Shown in pieces: positions 50,155-62,600 of a stretch of 64,000 nt of DNA. Numbering within the stretch: the first letter of the stretch is position 1; every line of letters starts with the position of its first letter. Under the pieces are notes generated by a model. That model made no database searches. It was not told where the DNA came from and worked only from the letters and a program-made list of their open reading frames with translations. Origin of the DNA: Asterias rubens (taxonomy: Eukaryota); assembly GCF_902459465.1 (NCBI RefSeq), contig NC_047062.1, forward strand, positions 8,308,001 to 8,372,000. The letters are read 5' to 3'. A program made the position numbers and the translations under genes.

Positions 50155-50644
50155 CGCTGCCACCATGTTTCAATAGGCTATGCTTCATACTTTAGTTAGT
50201 AAACAATGATTTTAGGTGCACAAGATTATAGACACGAGTCACTGATTTAAGCTAACATCCGGGAACGTTTAATGCAACACACGAAAGGTCAAAGGTCAAT
50301 AAACAACTTTATGCATATTGCAACACTTTGTATGACCGAACGCTAACGGGCGCTCAGTTTCCCTCAGTGTGTGACCGCGCAACACCAATGGTCTTGGAAC
50401 CAAGACTAAACCGGGTACCACTGTAAGCACATACCGCGACAACAAGGTGTCAACATCACCGGAGTTAAATTGTCCGCCTCCTGGTATTTTCATTTTTAGA
50501 AGACGAGTAACAATTTTAAAATTATAGGTGCTTTTTCAACAGCTGCGTTACTTTTTTTGCTGTCTTTATAATTATCTGCACATAGTTTATTCGCACGCAC
50601 GTGGTTTTGGCAGTAGCCATCTAGGTCCATATATACACGGGACG

Positions 50645-53600
50645 ATGGAGTCCAATTTAAGTTCAGAATCCGTTATTACGTGGCTACATTTTGTCACAGC
50701 CGGGACGGCGGTCATCATTGGGTAAGTATGACGATGACTAATTATAAAATTATTATTTTGCTCGGACAGGTTTCTGCGCGAATATTTGATTTCAAATCAA
50801 AGTTCAATGTTGGTGCAATAATTGAATAAAACTCATAGTACGTAAGTATAGTATAGCATAGCAGCTAGCATTCAGTCATTTCAAGAATACATGACAATAC
50901 AAAAATACATCCAGATGATGGGCTAGGACTTTTAGGAGAAACAAAAGCAAAATAATTACTGTGGTCCATAGATCTTCCTCCCCACAACTGGTTGTAAAAC
51001 AAGTAAAAACGAGTAATAAAATATGTATGTTTTTTGTAGGCCTATTAATAAATAAAAAAAGTATAAAACAATGTACAATACAAAAAGATAGGAAATTTAA
51101 GTTAATTTAATATATATTATAACAATCAATAAATCAATTAACAATCATGATAAAATTTCAGAAAACTCGTTGTGTGATGGCAGCTGGATTTTTAGCAAAG
51201 CAGGGGGAAAAGTTTCCGTATGGCACCACCACTTTTTCATTCGATATGAAATTATTGTATCTAATTTAACTTCATTGAGATATCCCTTTTGGCTTTTTGT
51301 AAGAATGAGTGAAAAAGTGGTGGCACCATTTGGAAAGTTGATAATGAATGCTACTATGGTTACACACCTATATTCCGACACCCCTATGTTCCGACACCCC
51401 AATGTTCAGACAACTCCGCCCATATTCCGACATCCCTATGTTCCGACACCACTGTATTCCGACACCCCTGTATTCCGAAACCCCTATATTCCGACACCCC
51501 TATGTTCGGACAACTGAACCTATATTCCGACACCCCTATGTTCGGACAAGTTATTTTCGCACAAGTTATTTTCGCACAAGTTATTTTCGCTCAATATTAC
51601 TCTGTTGAACAATAACAAAAACACAACTTGTATTACAGGTTTCCCGGTGAATTTCGGCCGGGAATAGGCCTAAGTTTGGACATTCGTAAGTTGAATTTGT
51701 ACTATTTTTTTTTTTAAAGGCAGTGGATACTAATGGTAATTACTCAAAATAATTATTAGCATAAAACCTTACTTGGTGACGAGTAATGGGGAGAGATTGA
51801 TGGTATAAAACTATGTGAGAAACGGCTCTCTCTGAAAGGCCATAGTTTTTGAGAAAGAAGTAATTTTCCACGAATTTGATTTTGAGACCTCATATTTAGA
51901 ATTTGAGGTCTCGAAATCAACCATCTAAATGCACACAACTTCGTGTGACAAGGGTGTTTGTTCTTTCATTATTATCTCGCAACTTCGACGACCGATTGAG
52001 CTCAAATTTTCACAGGTTTGTTATTTTATGCACATGTTGAGATATACCAAATGAGAAGACTGGTCTTTGACAATTACCAATATTGTCCACTGTCTTTAAG
52101 TGAAGGAATCAAATAATAGATAATCGAATCACACTTGAATTTGTTGCTTGTTTAGGCAACAAAACACACAAAATGTTGTTGTTTTTTGTACACTGAGTAC
52201 CATTTTTTTCTCTAACTATTGCAGGTACTTGGTGTGGACTTACACTTTCTTCATTAGAAATGGAATTCCTGGACCACTGTCCATGCCATTAGTCACAACC
52301 ATCAAAAGATCACGAGAGGTAGGACAGTGGCTTCAATATTTTCTAAGATACCGTCGCAGCAACAATTGGCTTGTCTTAAAATGCTCATGAGCGGTCTCCA
52401 AACGGCTGCTAGATTTGACCAACTTCTGTTATTCACACCAAACTAGTATACAAATATTGACTGCTTCAAGTGCTATGGTTAAAACTATGACTCCCTCAGT
52501 GATCCCCGGAGTGTTCTATTTTCCCAAGGCGAAACTATGACTCCCGTGGTGATCCCCGGAGCGTTCTATATCAGTGGCGAAGCCGAGGGTAAATAGAACG
52601 CTCCAGGGATCACCAAGGGAGTAATAGTTTTAACCATTGCACGAGTAAAAGCAGTCAATACTTGTTTTACAACACCCCAAACATTTCTAAATACTGTACT
52701 ATTTTTTACATACCTGAATGATACAATCCACGGACGACGCGAATACAGATTGCGAAAACTTTTACTGTGCTCTGCATGTAGTGTCGTGTAGTCCGAAATG
52801 GTTACAGACTATTAATTTATCATCCTCGTACACGCACAGACGTTTGGGTACTGCACGCCGTGTGATAGTCTTCAGCAAACCGATGCACTATCACACAGCA
52901 AACCGATGCACTATCACACGGCCGTCGTCTAGTAAAGTTAAGACTTATCATGTGACGCGCTCTAAACCAATGAAAAGGCAGAATATTGGTAAGGGGTGTT
53001 ATAATCATAATTATTCCCCTTTAATATCCCGTATTGAAAAATAGTGTCATAATTTAATTGAACCCCAATCCATTGCACCCACATTAACTTAAATGTTGGT
53101 TTTATACTAGATCATGAACCAGGCCTGATAGTTCACGGAGGCAACGAATGATCCAGTCTTCCTCATCATAGGGTGCTCTTTATCAAGGAGAAAATGCATT
53201 GGGGCCTTGTCCTTTCAAAAACAAAGCATATATAGGCCTGATGAGCGTCAACATTGACTAGCACCATAAAGTACAAATACTTTGGTAGGTGCTCAGCTTT
53301 ATGCTTTGAATAATGTTGGTTTCATGCGTGTACCAGCTACCTTAAAATGGTATATGCGTGCACTTGTCAAGAAACACAAAAACTATTTCACAAAGAAAAC
53401 AGTTGATTTGAAGCCTCGGAGCACAATAAGCACATTGTCCCTACCAATATCCTTGTTGATATTATTATATAATAATATCCTTGTTTAGTATAGGGGCCAT
53501 TTATCCGCTAGTGGATGAGCCGATCTTTATATCACATGTTAATACACCCCCCACGTGACCAGTCTTCGACCAATCAGAGTGGTATAATTTCTCTGAGGTA

Positions 53601-56600
53601 TTCTTTTCATGTTCTTGTAACACATCTTAGATGAAACATAGTAATCCATGTTTTTGTTTTTTTCTTCTTTTAGGCAAGCTACCGCTGCGATGAAAAGTGG
53701 ATACGGAAGTATGGTAAAGTTGTGGGGTAAGGTGGCATTTGGTCTTGGCCAGCCTTGTGTCTTGGTCTTGGTCTTGGTAATGGGGAACCTTGGCCCAAAT
53801 GACTCTGTTTATTGTTCGCAAAGAAGTTCGCTGAAAAATCAAAGCTTTTAAGCTAAAAGTCAAGCATGTACTTCACAGGTTGTCTGGGACTTTTCCCGGC
53901 ACAGGTGCATGTACTTCTTTTATGCTAAGCATTCTTTCTTTGCTTAGCTAGTCTTGTAATTCAGCGTTAACCCTGGAAGGTGAAGAAAGGTGACCGTTTG
54001 TCATAAGAAGAATCATGAATGAGGCCAAGATGTGATGATGACCACTTCTTTAGAAGCAATTTTTATTTGTTAACAAGTCGAGTGTTTTCTTTTAAATAAT
54101 TTCAACATTTTGTTAACATTTTTTTTTAGGTACCAAATTAAAGAGATATTATCTTAACGCTGTCTCAGACTCTGGCTTCAGTTATGACTGCGGCTGTTGC
54201 TAAGGGTGTTGCTAAGGTCGGACCCTATTGGTAGTTACTCAAAATAATCATTAGCATAAAATCTTGCTTAGTAAAGAGTAATGGGGAGAGATTGATAGTT
54301 AGTATAAAACATTGTGAGAAACGGCTCCCTCTGAAGTAATGTAGTTTAAAGAAACAAGTAATTTTCTACGAATTTGATTTTGAGGCCTCAGAATTAGATT
54401 TTGAGGCCTGGAAATCAAGCACCTGAAAGCACAGAACTTCAGGTGACAAGGGTGTTCTTTCTTTCATTATTATCTCACAACTTCGACGACCAATGGAGGT
54501 TTGCTATTTTATGTATAATGTGGTTAAGAGCATCAAATTCAAGTTCTGGTGCAGTCACCGGAGTGTTAGTCCGAATCCCGGTCATGACACTTGTGTCCTT
54601 GAGCAAGATACTTCACTATAATTGCTTCTCTTCATCCAGCGGTTTTAATGGGTACCTGCGAGGGTAGAGGTTGATATTTTGTATGAAAAAGCCACAAGTG
54701 CCTTACAGGCAGCTCAGGGCTGTATACTCCTAAGGGAGCGGAGAAACTTTAAAGGGATGTTATTGGCCCTATGACCAGGGCACTAATGTAAAGCGCATTG
54801 ATTTGGTTATTGTGAAATGCGCTATAATATAAGAACTTGTTATTATTATTATTATTATAATGTTGAGATACAGTTACCAATATTGTCCAGTGTCTTTAAT
54901 ACTTGAGTGCATAATGATGTGGTTATGTAGCCCTACCCATAATATTCTGCAAATTTGAACAAGGCCTAACTGTCAATTGTTTTCCTGTTTACTCTGTTTA
55001 AAGGTTTATTGTTTCCCTGATTACTCTGTTTGAAGGTTTATCAGTGCGTTTGGACCTACCCTCCTCATATCAGATCTGAAGATCCTAAGACAGATACTTG
55101 GCCCGGATTTCAAGAACTTCCACAATCGGCCGGTAAGTTTATCAAAATGTTCAATGTCTAGTCAGTTATTTGCTCTGCAGGGTGTCTAAAAAAAAAAGTT
55201 TGCTGGGATCTCTCTCACATCGCTCAAGAAGCCACTCACTATCTGTCTTCTTGCAAGATCAGCAGGCAGACGTTCATGACGAATGTGGATGTGGAATGGA
55301 TGGAAATAAAGGTACAGACAAGTGATGGGGTTAAAAGTTCCGTCTTGCACTTGTCTCTCGTGGGTGGTCAATCAGTTGCTCTTGTACGGCAGCAATGTTT
55401 TCCTGAGATCTCGCTGTCCTTGGCCTTCCTAAACTTCTTTTGTTGCAGTTGAGGCTGGTTCCGTGTGCTTCATACTTTCTCACATTGGCCCAGATTGTTT
55501 TCTTTACTAGTGGTTCTCAGTCTGGGAATGCTTCTCCAAAGGCCTCCCGTGTAGCCTGCAAACTTCGTTGAACCATTGTGACAACCTGAGGTTTACACAC
55601 TGTCTGAAGGCAAGAATGACTAGGACTATCTTGGTGAAATCGAACCCAGGTCATATATTTTGTCATTGATGATGAAATCCATCCATTGTTTTTGCACACA
55701 GATTGGAGGTATCTCTCAGAGTAAACGACTACACAGTATGCTGATCACACTGAGAGACGAAAAATGGAAGAACATGCGAAGTGTTATCTCACCTGCCTTC
55801 ACATCCTCCAAAATCAGAAAGGTGAATCTCAAGCTACATACAGGCCTCCAAGGAAAGCAAAATAACATACACTGGTGCATAGCTTGAATAGTTTACATGC
55901 ACCTCCAAACAGTTACATGTACTCTTTCAGTGAAACACCTCTTTAATAAGGACAGTACCGTGTTTGAAGTGTGTACACACAAACATAAAAATGTCTCACA
56001 GATAGTGCGTGCCCTTTGGCAGTCAACCCAATGTTTTTCCTCCGTTTAATGTGCTGTTTTTACATAATATCAGTGTTTTATACTCTCTATGTTTCTTCGA
56101 TTTTTAGCAGCAATCTGTGTATATAAATATGTGTACCTTTTCAACGTCTTTTGAACCACACCAAGACTATTTTATCACATTTGAACAAGAGGCACCAGAC
56201 TTTCTAGTGTACTAAACAATCCTGTCTGGTACCTTGCCCACAGTTTTTTTGTTAGAACCTGAGTGATGATAGTAGTGTGCATGTACACCATTGTAATAGA
56301 ACCAGGAGAATGCTGAGTGCGTGTGATTTCGTGAGACCATTTTTTTGGTCATTCATTTGACGCCATGAACAATGACCAATGAAGGCATGTAGAAATGGTC
56401 TATGTGCGATGCCATTTTACCAAACACAATACAATAATACAATACAATCAAACTTTATTGTCCCTGTAAGGGAAATTCCTTTGGCCTTATTGCTCACATA
56501 CAAATACAGTCACCAGTAAAAAGGTACACGCGTGTCATGCAATGATCATTTTGGCATACAACTGTATCGCATGGTATCGATACGCTGCGTCCACAGAGAG

Positions 56601-59600
56601 GGCGGCCGAGCTCGGCGTTCTCTGGGATATATTTATATGATGTACATTGATAACTCCAGAGAATCCCTTCTGACACATGGGAACCAAATGGGTTTGAAAA
56701 AAAAAAAAAATTATTCAAGTTGCCAGACACACAAGGCCTGAAGGACCAGTTCAAGGTGTGGGCTACAATTATTTTTTTTTCCCAGAGGCCGTTGCCGCCT
56801 ACTCCTAGGGCTGAAACAGGGTTACCCCTTTTACAGTCCGTACGGATGTAGGCTTGGGTGTCATCAATCCGAAGCCTGGCCGGTAGAGCAGAAAGCACTA
56901 CTCCCCAATTTGTTACATAGCAAGTGTCACGACCGGGATTCGAACCCACACTTTGTTGATCAAACACCAGAGCTTTATCCGGTGCTCTTAACCGCTCAGT
57001 TGCGACACGCCAGGTTGCATAACAAACACCAGAGCTTGAATCCGGTGCTCTTAACCGCTCAGCCGCGACACGCCACTTGCATAAAACAAAGTTAAACTTG
57101 ATGAAGTAGTATGGGCAATCATCAAAGAGACACATAATTGAAAAGGAATTTTGATTGGGTATGATGGCTGGATGTTTGTTCTTAATGGCCCCTAATTTTT
57201 TTTCTCTTCTACAGATGGGTGCGATACTAAATGAGTGTGCAGAGGAACTCCTATTAAAGATGGTGAAGCAGAACGTTAAGGAAAATCAGCCTGTGGAAAT
57301 CAGACAGTAAGGTCAAAGGCAATGTCTATCTTTGATTGTTTTGAACAGTTTGATTGTCTTAATACTTAATTCATAAATACCTCAGACAGTTTCGCTACTC
57401 CTATTGGTGGAGAGCGCATCACGTGGGTGTGTATAAACCTTTGTTTATAACAAGTAAAAAGTGTTGTAACATGGGCGTGACACGCGAGCTTGCACCTGTT
57501 CTTATAAGACAGTTTCTTCATTCCTATTGGTCGAGAGCAACGGCTGGGACAGTTGTGCCAAATCACGCGATACGCGCGACGCCCACAGGATTCCCTTATA
57601 AGGAATTGTTTACCTGAGGGCAGCGGAGGGCCTTACCATTTCATAGCTGGAGGGGTGTTCAGTTGAAAGAAATCATTGAACAATTATAATTTTTGCATTT
57701 ATGTAACTTTTTGACCAAAAGTGATGATGTTTTTTGACCGAAAAGGTATTTATGATTGGAATCAAAGCGTGTTGAATCGGTTTTCAACTAGTGGTTTCTT
57801 GATAATTTACCTCGACTTCGTCTCGATAAAATTATCAAGAACCAGGCCTCGTTGGGATTAAACCACGAGTTGAAAACCTCTTCACCGCACATTGATCCCT
57901 TATTAATGTAGATGTATACAAAAACACTACTATATGTAAAATTTCATTTTGTTAAGTTGCGTTTTTGAGATATCTTCAACAATCTGGAGCGAGTGTTTGC
58001 ATGCATGAAGAATAATCCCATGCAATAATAGGAAAAAAACAGTCTAAAAAAAAAAGTTTCTGAAATTCCAATTTTGGGGCATAAAAGTTTATGTTTTTAC
58101 GTGACCACATTACTTCGAAGTGAAGTGTTGCCCAAAATGCTATATACCATCAGAAGCTGCTGTAGGCTTCGAACCAATAGTTTTTATTGCCAATTATTTT
58201 AAGAGTGATAACCAAACGTATACCTTCAATAAAATAAACCATGAAATTCAACCAGCAAATAAAGTTGTAGTTTGCTAAGTAAAATTAAGTGGGGGTAGCT
58301 GTGTCAGTCAAGGTTCTACATAGACCTTATCGCAAATACCAATGCGCAAGCGCAGACTGTTGACTGAGATGCATTGTGGGATAGATATGGATCAAATTTG
58401 GATACCAGCAAGACCACAATGCACCTTATTCCAAGCTTTACGCGCGCGCCCCGGTATTTGCGAAAAGGTCTATAGGGGAGAACATATTGTAGCAACTTAC
58501 TGACTAACTAATAATTTAAAAAAAATGGAAAATGCATTAGAAATTTCTTTCTGGGGATCCAGGAATTTTACTAGGGAGATGTTGATAAAGCGTAACTGGG
58601 AGTGTTGGCATGATTATTTTGATTACGTGTCATATTTGTGGCATGTCACGGCCAAGCGGTCAAGAGCATCAAACTCAAACTCTGGTGTTCCTGTTCTACA
58701 GAGTGTGGGTTCAGAGTGTGGGTTTGACTGCCAGTCGTGACACCTGTGTCGTTAAGCAAGACACTTAACCATGGTGCTTGGTCCCTCAGATGGGAGGTAC
58801 AGCCGTTGATCCAGTGTGTTGTGTAACATATGAAAAAGGACCCAGTGCACTTATTGTAAAGAGGAGGGGTTTACTTGGTGTTCCTGGTTTGATTGGCAGC
58901 ATATTGCGCCACAGCACCTTGTAAACCACTACATGCTATGTAAAAGGAACAGGTCTCATAGTTCAAACGCAGTCTCACTTACCTTGCCGGAGAATACGGT
59001 ATGTTAAACAGCGGCTACAGGTTAATTTCAATATTTTAACTATTACCCTTTTTTGGCCAAACAGACATCGTAGATACCAATTTATTACCATATTTCGCTT
59101 AAAATTTGCATTTGGTAATAAATAATTCAAGTCAAAAATGCACCTCTCTGTGCGGCTTTTTCAGCCGAGAGTCTAAAACAGCTTATCTATTATAATGACC
59201 CAGTGGCGATTTTCCCCTGATTGGGTTTGAACACAGTTCTCCAGCTTTGGCAAACTGATGGCGCTATTTTCCACATCAAATAGTCGCCAGTGACATCATG
59301 ATTCCTTTGTCGTGCGGGTTTGTTTGACCTCGCGTTTTTCAGACTTTTGGCTTGGAGTGTTTCGGGAAAAAAACATTTTTACCATGTTTTAACGTGAGGT
59401 ATGAGACTCGTTATATTTTTTTTCTGTTTCCCGTGGACTGCATCTATTACAAAAATGTAACAACAATATATTTCTGAGCGTTCTGTAGCCGATGTTTAAA
59501 GTGCCTTAAGCATTGACTGTGTGACAGATATGCACGCTATATAAGAAGCCACAATTATATTAGTATATTATTGTACTTCATAGTCTGTATGTGTCTTTCA

Positions 59601-62600
59601 TTGTTAGGTTATTTGGTACGTACACCATTGGATGCATTGCCTCGGCTGGTTTTGGACTACAGCTGAATGCACAACCTGATGAAGGAGTAACTATCGATGA
59701 GTTCATAAAAAACGCCACAGAATTCTTCTCTAGAATGAAGTCCAAAAAGTGGCTGCTCTTCGAAACATTTGGAAGTAAGTATTTATTTTGGTGATGCCAT
59801 CTTTGTCGTTTATTGTTTATTCTATTTTATAATTTAATGTAGGCTTTTGCTTTTAAAATATATTTTTAAATATATTTTCACAGTCGTTCATGGTGGTCTG
59901 TTTCTGTTCCCTATTTTATTTTATTTATTCTTCAATGTATGCTTTTAACTTTTTTTCCTAAGATGATTCTATTTTAATTGTTAACTTTGTACATATCAGA
60001 TTATTTCTAATTGTTTTTTATCCTTTCCTGTAATTGGCGGCTCGTCCGCTGTTGGTTTGGTCAATAAATATAAGATATATAATATATATATCTTATATTT
60101 TTGCCTTTAAAAACTAGCTTACCTAACTATGCATAACAAATGAAATCATAATACAATCTCTTGTGTGTAATTTTGGCTTGTTGGTTATTTGTTTATTTGT
60201 GGTTTATTTTGGTTTTGTTTTAACGAAAACCCCAATACGCATTCTAGAAGGCAACTCATGGTTAGAGCTATAACGGAACAAAGACGAAGAAATTAAATAA
60301 AATATAAAGCTGAACTAAGTAAATTCCAATTCCATATTCGGATGCTTGGATGACAAGAGAATTGATTTATCTAAATTGTGATCTTTCACCCTCTTGTTCT
60401 TGGCTGATTTTTGTCTTTCAGCTTTCATACCGAGGTTTGTCAAGCTTTATTTTGATCTCAATTTGGTGCCCCAAGCCAGCGAAAACTTCTTGTATCAGAT
60501 GTCAGAAGCACTCCTGAAAAAACGAGAGGAAGGGAAAGTGCAGGTAGGGCTAATTTTGGAAGTAAACCGTGTCTGGTTTTAAAAATGCGCAAGCAACTTG
60601 TGTTGTTGTTTTGTAGGTGTTCGGGCACTCTGCCATTAAAATTACAAGCTTATGTTTCAGGTAACTTTCTTACTATTTTTTTGTAATTGTTTAACTTAAT
60701 TTCATCTTTTGTAAAAATAATAATTTCAAAAGTTGAATGTTTGAAAAAATCTTAGCTCATGAACGACATGCTGGATTTTTACAATCGGTACATCTTTAAA
60801 CAAAGTCTTGTGAACCAGAAAGGATAAGGGTACGAAATAGGTTCCTATAGACCCCTTGCAATACGCGCAACGTACTCACATGTGCCTATCCTGAGTGTCA
60901 TTTTGGGCGTTAAAATCGAATACAAACGTGCAGGAGAGTTGACACCCAAAATTACACGCATTGTTCAGAGGGGCATTCTGCATTGTGTAAGAAGTCAATA
61001 GCTCCCCCTTGCATATTGCAAAACGATACAGGTACTGAGGTAACGCGCACATATTTACGCACAGAGAATAGCATTGTCCAATGATCTGCCTCCTTTTGAG
61101 AGTGTGACGTTATATGCAAAGGGTCTATGGCACATGGTTCAGTTAGAATGAAGGTAAAAGTCAAATTGAGGCTAAGATTTGAAATAAGTATTGAGTCAGT
61201 ATCAAACTTATGATCAGGTTAAGGTTTTTAGGCACACTTTAAGTCCAAATAAGAGCATAGCATAGGTCTGGCTTACTGTAAAGCTTTGGTGCGTTTAATT
61301 TACGTCAAACAAGGAACAGCTTTGTATTTGTTCACACCTAATGTCTTGTTATTGTTTTTTTGTGTATTCATCATCGTTTTGATTTACATATTGATCATTG
61401 ATTTCCACTGCAAGATTTTACAAAATAGTGAGTTGCTTTTGACCAAAGATTTGAGGTTAGATTGGATCCTTTGCTTTGCATTCGAGTGATTCATTGTAAA
61501 GTTCAAACTGTATGCTTTAAATTGTGCACTGGTTCCAGGGACATATTGTGGACTTTATGCAGTTGCTGATAAATGCCCATGAACTTGAAGATGATGATGT
61601 CTCTACAGGTGAAAGGTCATTGTCTCCCGGGCCTGGATCTAAAAAGACCAAGCTTGCCATGGATGATGTGGTTTCTCAGGTACATTATTTAATATGCACT
61701 ACATGGAACCTTTATATCCCATTTGGGGTGTGAATGGTCCTTAATCGGGAACAAGGTACTTGAGTACTGGGCCCAATTTCATGCCTCTGTTTACCCCCGA
61801 ATTCTGCACTGACGATCACCATTTTCTGCTTACTGTGCAAGCACTGAATTTCTGCACGAGTTGTGTTAGCTAAGAATGCCTAGTAACGTGGAGTACGCAC
61901 ATGCACAAGCAAAAATTCCCTGCTTATACTCTTGAAATACGCTTGATGAAAGCATGGAATTCCCTGCTTCCATAAGCGCCGATTCTCTGCTGATTCTTTG
62001 GTAAGCAAAGCGGCCATAAAATTGAGCTCTGAAATATTCAGTGGTAGTAACACTCGCTAAGGTAGCTACCCCTGAACTTGGCCAATTGGAATTTGGAGCC
62101 TTTATGTCCCTTTATATTCCCATGAGTGTGGGAATGGTCCTCAATGAGAAGGTCTGGAGTGATGAAACCTGCATTGTAGCAATCAAACCCATGGTGGTCA
62201 CTACCTAAACTTTGCTAAATGGAATAGTATCACTCTAGCTGGAACTGTCCCATTGATGGTTTGAAAGGTCATGCTTTGGGAGTTACTTGAACGATGAACC
62301 TCCTGGGGAGGGGGCTAGGGTGGAGGGGGTCACTACCACTTGACTTTAGGCCGATACACCTTTTGCATAATGACGCCACACTCTCAAAAAGAGCCTTCAC
62401 TGAGGCCAAAAAGTGCCCTCACGTAGCCAAATGAGGCAAATCATTTTACGATAGCTCTTCTTTGATCAGCATCCCTGTAGGGTTATGCAAGGGGTCCATT
62501 GGAATAAATAATTATCCCAAATGTAACCATTATGAGAAGGGGTTTGCACTGGTGTTTTTTCTGCCATTTTTGACTGCACCTAGTAAGATGCTACAAAACG

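Larger units (their letters stand above)
45208..50325 (-). mobile_element. Ty3/Gypsy LTR retrotransposon (Mag-like), very recent, with internal inversion
   Basis: Two identical 160-bp LTRs (45208-45367 and 50166-50325, TGTT...AACA). 5-bp TSD CTTTG at 45203-45207 and 50326-50330. PPT aaaaagaggagga next to the 3' LTR on the minus strand. tRNA-Leu-type PBS TGGTGGCAGCGGTG. Confidence 0.95.
45108..50415. mobile_element. Palindromic MITE (about 42-52-bp arms) split by the LTR element
   Basis: Left arm 45116-45157 tagtcttggttccaagaccattggtgttgcgcggtcacacac is the exact reverse complement of 50367-50408; both arms extend imperfectly to ccgggt. Confidence 0.75.

Noticed and set aside
45745-50176. Two independent retrotransposons inserted head to head
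   Set aside because: One pair of identical LTRs and one 5-bp TSD enclose both ORFs, and the ORFs are complementary, non-overlapping parts of one pol.
51370-51593. CRISPR-like array
   Set aside because: Units are contiguous with no unique spacers, the context is eukaryotic and intronic, and there are no cas genes.
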